33,563 nucleotides of DNA from the sequence record DRR723986_3114. One strand, given 5' to 3'. Under the pieces are notes generated by a model. The model searched no databases, was not told the DNA's origin, and worked only from the letters and a program-made list of their open reading frames with translations. Below are positions 12,094 to 22,113 of this stretch, one piece after another (position 1 is the first letter of the stretch; each line of letters starts with the position of its first letter). The translations under genes were made by a program, and so were the position numbers.

Positions 12094-12330
12094 TTACTGC
12101 AGATTTTCTTTGATGTAATCGATGGCCAGCTTCACAGTTGTGATCTTCTCGGCTTCTTCATCGGGAATTTCAGTTTCAAATTCCTCTTCAAGGGCCATTA
12201 CCAGCTCAACGGTATCCAGAGAATCTGCGCCCAGATCTTCTACAAAAGAGGCAGACTCCTGCACGTCGTCTTCCTTAACACCGAGTTGCTCTGCCACAAT
12301 TTTCTTGACGCGTTCTTCAATGCTACTCAT
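12094..12330 (-). CDS. acpP: Acyl carrier protein
   Basis: [20 protein letters not shown] phosphopantetheine motif; 78 aa, acidic. Confidence 0.98.
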   Translation of the reverse strand: MSSIEERVKKIVAEQLGVKEDDVQESASFVEDLGADSLDTVELVMALEEEFETEIPDEEAEKITTVKLAIDYIKENLQ

Positions 12331-12443
12331 GGTCCTAAATGACTCCTAATTAATTTTTAAAGTTTGGAGCGCCTGACTCACCCTAGGGCAACTCAGTCGT
12401 TCACCGAAAATAGTGATGCGTACGGCCCAGCACTTGGACGCTA

Positions 12444-12473
12444 ATTCTACATCGACTACCGACGCTTGTGCAT
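12444..12473 (-). promoter_or_regulatory. Possible acpP promoter
   Basis: Minus strand ATGCAC-18 nt-TAGAAT with an AT-rich upstream tract in the fabG-acpP spacer; the -35 is weak. Confidence 0.4.
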
Positions 12474-12528
12474 AGCTAAAACAGAAAAATTCGACATTTC
12501 TAGAAAGAAAGCCCTATTTTTCAAATGT

Positions 12529-13266
12529 TTACGCCATATACATACCGCCATTTACATGAATTGTCTCACCCGTAATGTAAGCCCCGGCATCACTCGCCAA
12601 AAACGCGACAACGGCCGCAATTTCCTCGGGCTGCCCCAGGCGCTGCAGAGGAATTTGCCCTGCGAGGGATTCACGCTGTTCCTCGGGCAATTTCTTCGTC
12701 ATGTCCGTATCAATAAACCCCGGCGCTACGCTGTTCACCGTGATTCCACGAGAACCAATCTCCCGGGCAAGCGCTCGAGTAAAGCCGTCCATTCCGGCCT
12801 TTGCCGCGGCATAATTGGCCTGACCAGCATTGCCCATTGAGCCCACAACAGAGCTGATATTGATAATTCGCCCCCAGCGCGCTTTAGTCATGCCGCGCAG
12901 GCTGGCTTTTGCAATGCGATAAAGAGAGTTGAGATTAGTGTCGATGACATCGAACCACTCCTCTTCTTTCATTCGCATCATAATATTGTCTTTGGTAATA
13001 CCGGCGTTATTCACCAGTACGGTAGGTGCACCGTATTGCTCACCAATGGCCTTAAGCACGGCGTCCACTGACTGTGATGACGCAACATCCAATACCATTC
13101 CGCAGCCCGTCACGCCCTGCTCAGCGAAGCCTGCAGATATTGACTCTGCGCCTGACTCCGATGTAGCCGTGCCAACGACGGTGTAACCTACCTCGCCTAG
13201 TGCCAGAGCGATTGCCCGCCCAATACCGCGACTTGCTCCGGTCACCAATGCAACTTTATCACTCAT
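12529..13266 (-). CDS. fabG: 3-oxoacyl-ACP reductase
   Basis: TGASRGIG, NNAGIT.DN, YAAAK, VAPGFIDTDMT, VNGGMYM. Confidence 0.97.
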   Translation of the reverse strand: MSDKVALVTGASRGIGRAIALALGEVGYTVVGTATSESGAESISAGFAEQGVTGCGMVLDVASSQSVDAVLKAIGEQYGAPTVLVNNAGITKDNIMMRMKEEEWFDVIDTNLNSLYRIAKASLRGMTKARWGRIINISSVVGSMGNAGQANYAAAKAGMDGFTRALAREIGSRGITVNSVAPGFIDTDMTKKLPEEQRESLAGQIPLQRLGQPEEIAAVVAFLASDAGAYITGETIHVNGGMYMA

Positions 13267-13281
13267 ACAACGACTTCCTTA

Positions 13282-14220
13282 TTATTCAGCGACCGCAGCC
13301 AGTGCGGCCTCTAGGGTTTCTGGACTCTCTACGTTCAAGCACTGCAGCGATTTCTGGATTCGCTTATTCAAGCCACTCAGCACCTTGCCTGGCCCGCACT
13401 CTACCGTCATCTCGATCCCAGAGTCGGTCATTGTCTGCACACAGGACACCCATTTGACCGCACTGTATATCTGCTGAGTCAGCAATTCCTTGATCTGAGC
13501 CGGGTTTGCTTCAGTTTGTGCGTGAACATTGTGCACCACGGGAATGACAGGCGCGTTAATCGTCAATTCTGCCAAGGCTTGGGCTAGCTTTTCACCCGCT
13601 GGGCGCATCAATGAGGTATGGAAAGGAGCGCTCACCGGCAGCAACATCGCGCGCTTGGCACCGGCGTCTTTCAGCGCACCCAGCGCCGCTTCCACAGCCT
13701 GGGTATGTCCCGCCACAACCACCTGTCCAGGCGAGTTGTAATTCACCGCCTCAACAACGCCGTCAGTTGCCGCACAAATCTCTTCAATTTTCGCGTCATC
13801 CAACCCCAGCACAGCCGCCATAGCGCCCTCACCCACCGGCACGGCAGTCTGCATATATTGACCACGCGCACGAACCAGTCGCACGGCGTCAGCAAAGTCG
13901 ATTGCACCGGCACAGACCAGCGCAGAGAACTCACCCAGGCTGTGCCCGGCCATCATCGCCGGGCGCAGGCCACCCTGTGCTAACCACAGGCGCCACACCG
14001 CCACACTAGCGGTAAGCAACACGGGCTGTGTCGTCTCGGTCAGATTCAGCTGGGCCTGCTCACCTTCTTGAACCAACGCCCACATATCGTAATCCAGGGC
14101 GTCAGAGGCCTCGGCAAAGGTGTTCTTCACCTCGGGAAAGGCTGCCGCCAAATCGGCAAGCATGCCGACTTTCTGCGAACCTTGTCCGGGAAAAACGAAT
14201 GCTAACTTCTTTGCTTCCAT
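13282..14220 (-). CDS. fabD: Malonyl-CoA-ACP transacylase
   Basis: FPGQGSQ, GHSLGE, LPVSAPFH, ECGPGKVL. Confidence 0.97.
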   Translation of the reverse strand: MEAKKLAFVFPGQGSQKVGMLADLAAAFPEVKNTFAEASDALDYDMWALVQEGEQAQLNLTETTQPVLLTASVAVWRLWLAQGGLRPAMMAGHSLGEFSALVCAGAIDFADAVRLVRARGQYMQTAVPVGEGAMAAVLGLDDAKIEEICAATDGVVEAVNYNSPGQVVVAGHTQAVEAALGALKDAGAKRAMLLPVSAPFHTSLMRPAGEKLAQALAELTINAPVIPVVHNVHAQTEANPAQIKELLTQQIYSAVKWVSCVQTMTDSGIEMTVECGPGKVLSGLNKRIQKSLQCLNVESPETLEAALAAVAE

Positions 14221-14276
14221 CAGTTGTACATCCTTTGTTATCTATTCACTTATTGATTTTTAAATGGCGCATCGCG

Positions 14277-15272
14277 CTACAAATGCTCGGCGATGCGCGC
14301 TGGTAGATCCTGACCGACTGCCCTAGCGGCTTGCTGGATTGCCGCTAGAAAACCTTTTTCATCAGAGCTGCCATGACTTTTCACAACCACCCCCTTCAGC
14401 CCGAGCAGTACAGCGCCGTTGTAATGACGCGGGTCGTGCCGTTTTTGAAAACGCTTTAGCACAGGCAACAACAATAAACCGACCAAGCGCCCGAGAAGGG
14501 TTTCGCGCAGCTGAGCACGCAGTGTTCGATTGATAAATGACGCCGTACCTTCACTCACCTTCAAGGCGATATTGCCGACAAAGCCATCGCAAACCACCAC
14601 ATCGACCTCACTGCCAAAAATATCCCCTCCTTCAACGAAGCCCACATAGTTAAGCCGTGGTTCCTCGTTCAACAGCGCCGCCGTGTCTTGCATCAGTGCG
14701 GTCCCCTTTATCAGCTCCTCACCAATGTTCAATAAACCAACGCGCGGCTGGGCATTGCCATCCACAACGCTGCACAAAGCACTCCCCATCACTGCGTACT
14801 GGCGAAGTTCTTCAGCACTGCACTCGACATTTGCGCCGAGATCCAGCATGAAGGTGTGATGGTGGTCGGAGGGGATTGGGGCGCAGATCGCGGGCCGGCG
14901 AATACCGTCCATGCGCTGGACAATAATGCAGCTCATTGCCACGAGTGCGCCCGTGTTTCCGGCGCTAAGCACCGCGGACACCTGGCCATCACGAAGCAGC
15001 TCTAAAGCGATCGCCATGGACGACTGGCGTTTTGTTCGAAGTGCCGACGCAGGTTTATCATCCATCAGCACCACATCCGGCGCATGGATTATTGATAAGC
15101 GGTCGAGGGGCGCGCTGGAATCGGCCAGGGCAGCACGAATAGCGGGCTCGTCGCCTACTAGCGTGATATGAAGTTCTGAATTCTCGTTCAGTGCGAGAAC
15201 GGAGGCGGGAATCGTAGAGCGGAGACCGAAGTCTCCGCCCATTGCATCAACGGCTAGCCGCAGTGATGCCAC
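14277..15272 (-). CDS. plsX: Phosphate acyltransferase PlsX
   Basis: AVDAMGGDFG, SAGNTGAL, LDLGANVEC, VCDGFVGN, VVKSHGS; GTG start. Confidence 0.96.
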   Translation of the reverse strand: MASLRLAVDAMGGDFGLRSTIPASVLALNENSELHITLVGDEPAIRAALADSSAPLDRLSIIHAPDVVLMDDKPASALRTKRQSSMAIALELLRDGQVSAVLSAGNTGALVAMSCIIVQRMDGIRRPAICAPIPSDHHHTFMLDLGANVECSAEELRQYAVMGSALCSVVDGNAQPRVGLLNIGEELIKGTALMQDTAALLNEEPRLNYVGFVEGGDIFGSEVDVVVCDGFVGNIALKVSEGTASFINRTLRAQLRETLLGRLVGLLLLPVLKRFQKRHDPRHYNGAVLLGLKGVVVKSHGSSDEKGFLAAIQQAARAVGQDLPARIAEHL

Positions 15273-15279
15273 GCAAATG

Positions 15280-15459
15280 TTAGTCGTCTTTACCAGCGAC
15301 TACTTTACGGCCACGGAAGAAACCGTCAGCGGTAACGTTATGGCGCAGATGCTTTTCACCGCTAGTCTGGTCTACTGACAGCGCTGCGCTAGACAGTGCA
15401 TCGTGTGAACGACGCATGCCGCGACGAGAACGGGTCTTCTTGCTTTTCTGAACAGCCAT
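15280..15459 (-). CDS. rpmF: 50S ribosomal protein L32 (59 aa; absent from the ORF track)
   Basis: Hand translation: [66 protein letters not shown]; lies between yceD and plsX. Confidence 0.97.
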   Translation of the reverse strand: MAVQKSKKTRSRRGMRRSHDALSSAALSVDQTSGEKHLRHNVTADGFFRGRKVVAGKDD

Positions 15460-15480
15460 GGCTCAACAATTCCTCTTCAC

Positions 15481-16008
15481 TTAATCTTGGGGTTTTAATG
15501 ACCCCAGTACAGAAAAAGGCGACTCGCCCTTCTCTTCAATTCCGGCGCCTTCCGGCGCGGGATAGTCAGTTGGTGCGGTGGTTTTGCACTCGTCTATATC
15601 GTGGTAGCTAACGAAAGGCGTGCTGATAATCAGCTCGTCTTGCAATAACTCATCGAGCGCCAGTAGCTCTTCACCCAAAATCACCGGATCCAATGACTTC
15701 GGCAAAGCTTTGGCCTGCTCCTCGGTCCACACTAGAGCGAGAGCGAATTCCGCCGCAATTTCAATGGGCATGGCCTGTAAACAGCGCTCGCAGCTCACTT
15801 CGACTGCAGCACGAGCCTTCCCATCCACTCGGTAAAACCCCTGTTCATCTCGATACAGCTTGATATCGGCCAGTACTTCGCCGTTATCAGAAGCCAGTCC
15901 CGCCGCAAAACGGGGTAACTCGCTTACGCTGATCTTCGCGCAAATTTCCGCAGCGCCGATGCAGAGTTTCCTCGCATCCAGCTGCTTAGGCAGGGGCTGT
16001 CTTTGCAT
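15481..16008 (-). CDS. yceD: YceD/DUF177 family protein (23S rRNA accumulation)
   Basis: CERCL motif, DELIISTP, C-terminal SPFSVLGSLK; upstream of rpmF. Confidence 0.92.
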   Translation of the reverse strand: MQRQPLPKQLDARKLCIGAAEICAKISVSELPRFAAGLASDNGEVLADIKLYRDEQGFYRVDGKARAAVEVSCERCLQAMPIEIAAEFALALVWTEEQAKALPKSLDPVILGEELLALDELLQDELIISTPFVSYHDIDECKTTAPTDYPAPEGAGIEEKGESPFSVLGSLKPQD

Positions 16009-16017
16009 AAGCGCGCA

Positions 16018-16046
16018 ATCATAGGGATTTGACCGGGCGATGTCAA
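16018..16046 (-). promoter_or_regulatory. Near-consensus sigma70 promoter of the yceD-rpmF-plsX-fab operon
   Basis: Minus strand TTGACA-17 nt-TATGAT, then GC-rich TGCGCGC discriminator; only 9 nt to the yceD ATG. Confidence 0.8.
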
Positions 16047-16190
16047 AGCAAAAAGCCGTATTTTTAGGCGCTTACGCCGCCTTTTCGCCCACACAAGAAC
16101 CGCGGGCAAGCCACTGCCCCCAAGCCCCTGCAAATTGGCGGCAGAGATTCTGCTAAACTGCCCAAAACTTCTGACCGGACCCCGCATTAA

Positions 16191-16778
16191 ATGGCCAGCC
16201 CCACCAGGATCGTACTCGCCTCTAGCTCGCGCTACCGCCAGCAATTAATCAGCCAACTCGGCATACAAGCCGAGTGTCACGCTCCGAATATCGACGAAAC
16301 ACCATTAAATACGGAAAAGCCCGCAGAGACCGCACTGCGCCTAGCGCAGCAGAAAGCCGCCCACGTGGCCACTCAGCACAAAGACGCCTTAGTTATTGGC
16401 AGTGATCAGGTTGCAGACCTCGACGGCATCGCGCTGGGCAAGCCCGGCGACCGGGACCGAACCATTGAGCAACTTCAAGCTTGCTCCGGCAAAACGCTGC
16501 ACTTCCACACCGGCCTATGCCTGATTAACAGTCAAAGCGGCCGCCAGCAGAACTGCGTAGAAACGTTTACCGTCTATTTTCGCTCCTTGACCACCGATCA
16601 GATCATTCGCTATGTGGACAATGAGCCCGCGTTCGACTGCGCCGGCGGCTTCAAAATGGAGGGCTTAGGCATTAGTTTATTTGAGCGCCTGAGCGGCGAC
16701 GACCCCAATACCCTGATTGGCTTACCGCTCATACGCTTGGTGGATTTTTTGACCAAAGAGGGCTACGCCCTCCCCTAG
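16191..16778 (+). CDS. yceF: Maf-family nucleoside triphosphate pyrophosphatase (YceF-type)
   Basis: IVLASSSRYR, IDET, IGSDQVA, GKPG, CAGGFKMEGLGI.LF, LIGLPL; divergent from yceD. Confidence 0.9.
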   Translation: MASPTRIVLASSSRYRQQLISQLGIQAECHAPNIDETPLNTEKPAETALRLAQQKAAHVATQHKDALVIGSDQVADLDGIALGKPGDRDRTIEQLQACSGKTLHFHTGLCLINSQSGRQQNCVETFTVYFRSLTTDQIIRYVDNEPAFDCAGGFKMEGLGISLFERLSGDDPNTLIGLPLIRLVDFLTKEGYALP

Positions 16779-16802
16779 ACAACCCTGCCGCGCGAGCCTA
16801 AC

Positions 16803-17441
16803 TTAGCGCGGCAGCGCCGCATCCAGATGATCGAAATGGTCAATAATGGCGCGAGGCCCCCACCGCTTTAGGCGATCAGGATGATGCACGCCATAACTAA
16901 CACCTATCGACGGCATACCAAAGCGATGAGCCATCTCCAGGTCGTACTCCGTATCGCCGACCATGACCGCGTCATGCGGCGCGACACTCAGGGCCTCACA
17001 CAATTCACGCAACATCAACGGATCTGGCTTTGACGCCGTTTCATCGGCGCAGCGACTGGCAGTAAACAGCGCGGCCTCCGGCAAGTGCGAGAATACCCGG
17101 TTCAAGCCCTTGCGACTTTTGCCCGTTGCCACGCACAACTGATGGCCCGCCGCGTGCAAGCGCCGCAAACCACGCTCAACCCCGTCAAAATACGAGCATG
17201 GCTGGCGATCAGCCTCTACAAAACGCCGTGCGTAGGCATCGCGAATCTCGGCGACACCCGCTGTAGACCTCGAAGGAAAAAGAATCGCAATCGCGCGACT
17301 CAGCTCCAAGCCAATAATATCGCGCACCTCCGCCGGGCTCGGCGGCGCGACGCCACAGTCGGCAGCGGCCTGGCGCATGCACGCCACGATCTTGTCAGAT
17401 GAATCGAGCAGCGTCCCATCCCAGTCAAAAATAATAAGCAT
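16803..17441 (-). CDS. HAD-IA family phosphatase (Gph-like)
   Basis: IIFDWDGTL, VATGK, SKPDP, MVGDTEYD motifs. Confidence 0.9.
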   Translation of the reverse strand: MLIIFDWDGTLLDSSDKIVACMRQAAADCGVAPPSPAEVRDIIGLELSRAIAILFPSRSTAGVAEIRDAYARRFVEADRQPCSYFDGVERGLRRLHAAGHQLCVATGKSRKGLNRVFSHLPEAALFTASRCADETASKPDPLMLRELCEALSVAPHDAVMVGDTEYDLEMAHRFGMPSIGVSYGVHHPDRLKRWGPRAIIDHFDHLDAALPR

Positions 17442-17446
17442 GACGG

Positions 17447-18394
17447 CTAGTTACCCTCTCTTTCTAGAACTTCTTGCAGGTCACTTGGCAGAGGCGCTTC
17501 CACCGAGACCTTCCTTTCACCCAAAGTGAAAGACAACGAATGGGCGTGCAGAAATAAACGCTTTAACCCCTTTTCCCGAAAACGCTGATTCGCCGCGTCG
17601 TCCCCATATTTATCGTCGCCGAGAATCGGATGCCCAGCGTACTGACAGTGAACGCGAATTTGATGGGTGCGGCCGGTAATTGGCCTGGCCTCCACCAAGC
17701 TTGCACCCTCAATACGCTTGAGCAGCCGATATTCGGTGAGCGAGACCTTTCCCTCAATACCTGCACGAACCATCCTTTCACCGGACTGCAGCACATTTTT
17801 CTGCAGTCGCACATTCACCTGATTTTTGCGCACAGGCCAACTCCCGCCCACCAGCGCAAGATAACGCTTATCAACTGCATGCTTTCTCTGAAGGAGTTGA
17901 TGCAATTCCTTAAGAACGCTTCTTTTTTTCGAAACCATGACACAGCCTGAAGTGTCGCGATCAAGGCGGTGAACCAACTCCAAATGCCGACACTCCGGGT
18001 ATATTTGGCGCAGAGATTCAATCAGGCCCATCGACACACCACTGCCGCCATGCACCGCCAATCCCGAGGGTTTATTGACTATCATCAAGCCCTCATCCTC
18101 GTAGATCACCGCATCGCGGATCCGCGCTGCCAGGGAAGTCGACACAGGCACCGCCTCGCGCTGCGCCAACCGAACAGGCGGAATGCGCAACACATCCCCC
18201 GCCATAAGCTTGTATGCCGGCTTAGCCCGCGATTTATTCACTCGCACTTCGCCACGGCGTAAAATGTTATAAATCTTAGACTTAGGAACACCTTTTAACT
18301 CTCTCATTAAAAAGTTATCCAGCCTCTGCCCGGCAAAATCGTCAGTCACGGTGACAAACCGCACTGCGGGATTAACTAATCCGTCTGAACTCAC
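17447..18394 (-). CDS. rluC: 23S rRNA pseudouridine synthase RluC
   Basis: S4 domain GQRLDNFL, NKPSGLAVHGG, HRLDRDTSG (catalytic Asp), TGRTHQIRVH; divergent from rne. Confidence 0.94.
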   Translation of the reverse strand: MSSDGLVNPAVRFVTVTDDFAGQRLDNFLMRELKGVPKSKIYNILRRGEVRVNKSRAKPAYKLMAGDVLRIPPVRLAQREAVPVSTSLAARIRDAVIYEDEGLMIVNKPSGLAVHGGSGVSMGLIESLRQIYPECRHLELVHRLDRDTSGCVMVSKKRSVLKELHQLLQRKHAVDKRYLALVGGSWPVRKNQVNVRLQKNVLQSGERMVRAGIEGKVSLTEYRLLKRIEGASLVEARPITGRTHQIRVHCQYAGHPILGDDKYGDDAANQRFREKGLKRLFLHAHSLSFTLGERKVSVEAPLPSDLQEVLEREGN

Positions 18395-18413
18395 TCAAAA
18401 CCTCGGTAAATCA

Positions 18414-18442
18414 TTGAGACAACTACTGAATACTGCTATATT
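18414..18442 (+). promoter_or_regulatory. Probable rne promoter
   Basis: TTGAGA-17 nt-TATATT with extended -10 TG at 18434-18435. Confidence 0.6.
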
Positions 18443-18448
18443 CCAACG

Positions 18449-18916
18449 CGTAGCCGTTGGGCCCGGTTCCCGCCACAGCAGGGCTGTGTTGCAAGGGAAA
18501 ACCGCCAACCGTCTACAGAGGCAGATATCGCCATAGGGAATTTGGCAGCGCCTCACCACGTGAACAAACAGTGTACCGGCGGCATTTTAGCGTAGTGCCG
18601 GTACATAAAACATTGTGCTGCCGAGATTTGCCGGCACCGTAGATGTGATAGAACTCTGTAAAAGCGACGTACGAATAGACGTTACCGATATTTGGCGCGT
18701 ATACCCTGCGCCTACCGTATTAGACGAACGACGACCAGCGCGTGAACAATCGCGCCGAGAAAAGCGCGGCAACAAACGACCATGCCGCACACAATGAGAA
18801 CGCTGGCCGAAAACGGCCCCGGCGCCCATAAGGCCCAATCGACTCATTGCAACGCTTATAGATGCTCAATCACGTGAGCGGCCCGACAGATCCCGGCTTT
18901 TGGGATTTGATAGCTC
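18449..18916 (+). promoter_or_regulatory. Long structured rne 5' leader (autoregulatory UTR candidate)
   Basis: About 470 nt without a credible CDS; stem TGTACCGGC (18572-18580)/GCCGGTACA (18597-18605). Long rne leaders are established in E. coli and Pseudomonas. Confidence 0.55.
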
Positions 18917-21787
18917 ATGAAAAGAATGCTTATTAACGCAACTCAGCCAGAAGAGTTGCGTGTTGCCCTCGTAGACGGGCAACGCCTTTACGACCTGGAT
19001 ATCGAGAACCGTACCCGCGTCCAGAAAAAAGCCAACGTATACAAGGGTAAAATTACCCGCGTTGAACCCAGCCTGGAAGCCGCTTTTGTCGACTTCGGCG
19101 CCGAACGCCACGGTTTTCTTCCCCTTAAAGAAATCTCCAAAGAATATTTCTACCGCAACCCTTCTGACGTTTCCGGCCGTGCGAAAATCAAGGACCTTGT
19201 AAAAGAAGGCACCGAAGTTATCGTTCAGGTTGAAAAAGAGGAGCGCGGCAACAAAGGCGCTGCACTCACAACCTTTATCAGTCTCGCCGGCCGCTACATG
19301 GTACTGATGCCTAACAATCCCCGTGCCGGCGGCATTTCTCGTCGCATTGAGGGAGAGGAGCGCGCCGCTTTGCGCGATGCGCTGAACAGCATCAACATCC
19401 CAGACAGCATGGGCGTCATTGTTCGCACAGCGGGCATCGGCCGCAGCTCGGAAGAACTGCAGTGGGATTTAGACTACCTTCTTCACCTGTGGTCAGCGAT
19501 TCAGCAAGCCGGTGAAGAGCGCAAGGCTCCGGTGCTTATCCTGCAGGAAAGCAACGTTATTATCCGCGCAATTCGCGACTATTTGCGCGACGATATCGAC
19601 CAGGTCTTGATCGATTCTGAGGAATCCTACAATGAGGCGATGCACTTCGTTGAACAGGTGATGCCGCACTTTAAAAACAAGGTGCGCTACTACCAAGACC
19701 AAGTCCCCCTATTCAACCGCTACCAGATAGAGTCCCAGATTGAATCGGCCTTCCAGCGCGAGGTTCAACTCCCCAGCGGCGGCTCTATCGTTATCGACCC
19801 AACAGAGGCACTCGTCTCCATCGATATCAACTCTGCCAGAGCAACCAAGGGCGGCGATATCGAGGAAACAGCACTGCAAACCAACCTTGAAGCGGCTGAT
19901 GAGATTGCCCGCCAGTTACGGCTGCGTGATATCGGTGGCCTGATCGTTGTCGATTTTATCGACATGATGGCAGCCAAAAACCAACGCGAAGTGGAAAACC
20001 GGGTTCGGGATGCCATGGCAACCGACCGCGCCCGTATCCAAACCGGACGAATCTCGCGCTTTGGCCTGCTTGAAATGTCTCGCCAACGCCTCCGCCCCTC
20101 ACTGGGCGAGACCAGCGCCAAAGTTTGCCCCCGCTGTAGCGGCCAGGGCACTATTCGCGACACCAAATCCCTCGCTCTGTCGATTCTTCGCCTCGTTGAA
20201 GAGGAAGCGAACAAAGAGAAAAGCGCCGAAATTCGCGCCATTGTTCCCGTCAATGTTGGCTCATATCTGCTGAACGAAAAGCGCACGGCAATACACGACA
20301 TCGAACAGCGCAGTAACGTGCGTGTGGTAGTGATCCCCGCCCCACACCTGGACACGCCACATTTCGAGGTAGCCCGCCTGCGCGAGAGCGACATCGACGG
20401 CGATGCCGAGGTCAGCTACAAAATTGCCGCTGAAGCGGAAAGTGAAGACGAGCAAATCAAGGCCCCACAAGCGCCGGCCGCCGCACCCGCTGCTGTGGTT
20501 CGCACCCTGGCGCCCAAAACACCGGCACCAGCACCCTCGCCGGCAAGCGACAAACCCGCCGACAATAAGCCTGCTGAGCAAAAGGCGGATGAGGAAGGCT
20601 TTTTCAGCAAGCTGGGTAAAAGTATCGCCGCCTTCTTTAAAGGCGAAGAGCCTGAACCCGAGCCCACTCCTGAACCACGCCGCGCCAATAATCGCAACCG
20701 CAACAACAACCGCGGTGGTCAGAACCGCAACAACAACCGCGGCGGCCAGAACCGCAACCGCAATCGTCGCCCCAACGACCAGCGCAATCGCAACAACCAA
20801 GGTGGTGACAGCGACACAGCGAAAGCGAACACCGAACGCGGCGGCAATAAGCAAAACCGCGATAAGCGCAATGACGAGCGCGGTGACAATCGCAGCGATA
20901 GCCGCAACCGCAATCGCAACCGTAATCGCAATGATCGCGACAATACGGCGGCGAACAAAGGCAATGACAAGCCCAGCAACGACACGCGCAAGCCGGAAAA
21001 CGATCAGGCCGACAGCGATAACAAGGGCAATGAGTCAAACAATCGCCCGCGTCGCCGCGGCAACCGCCGCCCTCGCGGCCCCCAGGAACGTAAACGCAGT
21101 GCCGCACCCGTAGATGCTTTGCCGGAAGAGGCACGCAACAGTATTGTTGCTGAGGAGACTGCAGAAGATGCGAAGGTAAACACTGAAGCGGCTCCGACGA
21201 CAGAGGCGCCCATCACAGCGGCTGAGGCTCCCGCACCCCGCAGCGAGGAAACGCCGAACCAAGCTACTGCGCCCACTGCCCCGGCTGCAGACGTGAAGGA
21301 CACCGTCAGCAACGACTCAATGGAGGTAGAGGCAACTGAAAACGCCGTTACTGAAAACGAGCCGGCGCCAGCCAAGCGTAATGAAGAGGCCGAATCGACA
21401 GCGACGGAAGACAGCGCAATCGAAGCCGTGGTAGCGGACACTGAAGCGACACCACCGTCCGATACGCCGGCGCAGGACGTCGAACCAGCCGCTGAAGCAC
21501 CGGCTGAGCCGTCAGCACCGGATACGGCGGCTGAAACAGCATCAGAGCCCGAAGCGCCGATTGCAGCGAGCGAGCCTAATGCCGCGCCGTCACCCGCCGC
21601 TCCCAGCAGCGTTGCCAAGCCGCAAGGTAGAGCCGCCAACGATCCGCGCGTTGCACCCAGCCCGGTTGGCACTGTGGATATCACCACGGCGCAACCGCAA
21701 GCGCCAGTGCTAGACGCCAGTGTTATGGCGCAACCTAACCCGGATCGTCCGAAGCTGCCAAGAGCGGCCAACGACCCCCGGAACTAA
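18917..21787 (+). CDS. rne: Ribonuclease E
   Basis: [23 protein letters not shown]1 domain, IDINSARAT, Zn-link CPRC, amphipathic membrane-targeting helix [15 protein letters not shown], Arg/Asn-rich and acidic disordered C-terminus. Confidence 0.98.
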   Translation: MKRMLINATQPEELRVALVDGQRLYDLDIENRTRVQKKANVYKGKITRVEPSLEAAFVDFGAERHGFLPLKEISKEYFYRNPSDVSGRAKIKDLVKEGTEVIVQVEKEERGNKGAALTTFISLAGRYMVLMPNNPRAGGISRRIEGEERAALRDALNSINIPDSMGVIVRTAGIGRSSEELQWDLDYLLHLWSAIQQAGEERKAPVLILQESNVIIRAIRDYLRDDIDQVLIDSEESYNEAMHFVEQVMPHFKNKVRYYQDQVPLFNRYQIESQIESAFQREVQLPSGGSIVIDPTEALVSIDINSARATKGGDIEETALQTNLEAADEIARQLRLRDIGGLIVVDFIDMMAAKNQREVENRVRDAMATDRARIQTGRISRFGLLEMSRQRLRPSLGETSAKVCPRCSGQGTIRDTKSLALSILRLVEEEANKEKSAEIRAIVPVNVGSYLLNEKRTAIHDIEQRSNVRVVVIPAPHLDTPHFEVARLRESDIDGDAEVSYKIAAEAESEDEQIKAPQAPAAAPAAVVRTLAPKTPAPAPSPASDKPADNKPAEQKADEEGFFSKLGKSIAAFFKGEEPEPEPTPEPRRANNRNRNNNRGGQNRNNNRGGQNRNRNRRPNDQRNRNNQGGDSDTAKANTERGGNKQNRDKRNDERGDNRSDSRNRNRNRNRNDRDNTAANKGNDKPSNDTRKPENDQADSDNKGNESNNRPRRRGNRRPRGPQERKRSAAPVDALPEEARNSIVAEETAEDAKVNTEAAPTTEAPITAAEAPAPRSEETPNQATAPTAPAADVKDTVSNDSMEVEATENAVTENEPAPAKRNEEAESTATEDSAIEAVVADTEATPPSDTPAQDVEPAAEAPAEPSAPDTAAETASEPEAPIAASEPNAAPSPAAPSSVAKPQGRAANDPRVAPSPVGTVDITTAQPQAPVLDASVMAQPNPDRPKLPRAANDPRN
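20696..20758 (+). repeat. In-frame 27-bp tandem repeat in rne (NRNNNRGGQ, about 2.3 copies)
   Basis: aaccgcaacaacaaccgcggtggtcag / aaccgcaacaacaaccgcggcggccag / aaccgcaac. Confidence 0.85.
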
Positions 21788-21806
21788 GTTTGACGATATC
21801 TCACCT

Positions 21807-21833
21807 AAGCCCGGCAGTTGCCGGGCTTTTTTT
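21807..21833 (+). terminator. Rho-independent terminator after rne
   Basis: AAGCCCGGCA-GT-TGCCGGGC-TTTTTTT. Confidence 0.9.
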
Positions 21834-21886
21834 GCCTAATTTTTAGCCACACCCATCTGATTTATAAGTCTTTTTTAGAAATACGC

Positions 21887-21914
21887 TTGTTTCAGAAACA
21901 AACCTAGGTATAAT
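21887..21914 (+). promoter_or_regulatory. tRNA-Ser promoter
   Basis: TTGTTT-16 nt-TATAAT, GC-rich discriminator, 13 nt before the tRNA. Confidence 0.7.
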
Positions 21915-21927
21915 CTCGGGCTTCTCC

Positions 21928-22015
21928 GGAGGGGTGGCTGAGTGGTCGAAAGCACCGGTCTTGAAAACCGGCGACGGGCGACCGTCCCAGGGTTCGAATC
22001 CCTGCCCCTCCGCCA
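21928..22015 (+). tRNA. tRNA-Ser(TGA)
   Basis: GGAGGGG/CCCCTCC acceptor stem, G discriminator plus encoded CCA, anticodon arm CCGGT-CT-TGA-AA-ACCGG, long variable arm, GGTTCGAATCC; 88 nt. Confidence 0.97.
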
Positions 22016-22085
22016 TTTCTTTCTCAGTATTCACCGCCCTCTTCTGCTGCTGTATCTGCACTGAAAGCCCGACTTGGAACGTCAT

Positions 22086-22113
22086 CCCAGCGCAACTGGG
22101 TACTTTTTATTTT
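22086..22113 (+). terminator. Possible terminator after tRNA-Ser
   Basis: CCCAG-CGCAA-CTGGG followed by TACTTTTTATTTT. Confidence 0.5.

Noticed and set aside
20696..20940. Short repeats resembling a CRISPR or satellite array
   Set aside because: In-frame Asn/Arg codon repeats within rne; no spacers and no cas genes.
19765..21771. Several long minus-strand and alternate-frame ORFs over rne
   Set aside because: By-products of the low-complexity, stop-poor RNase E sequence.
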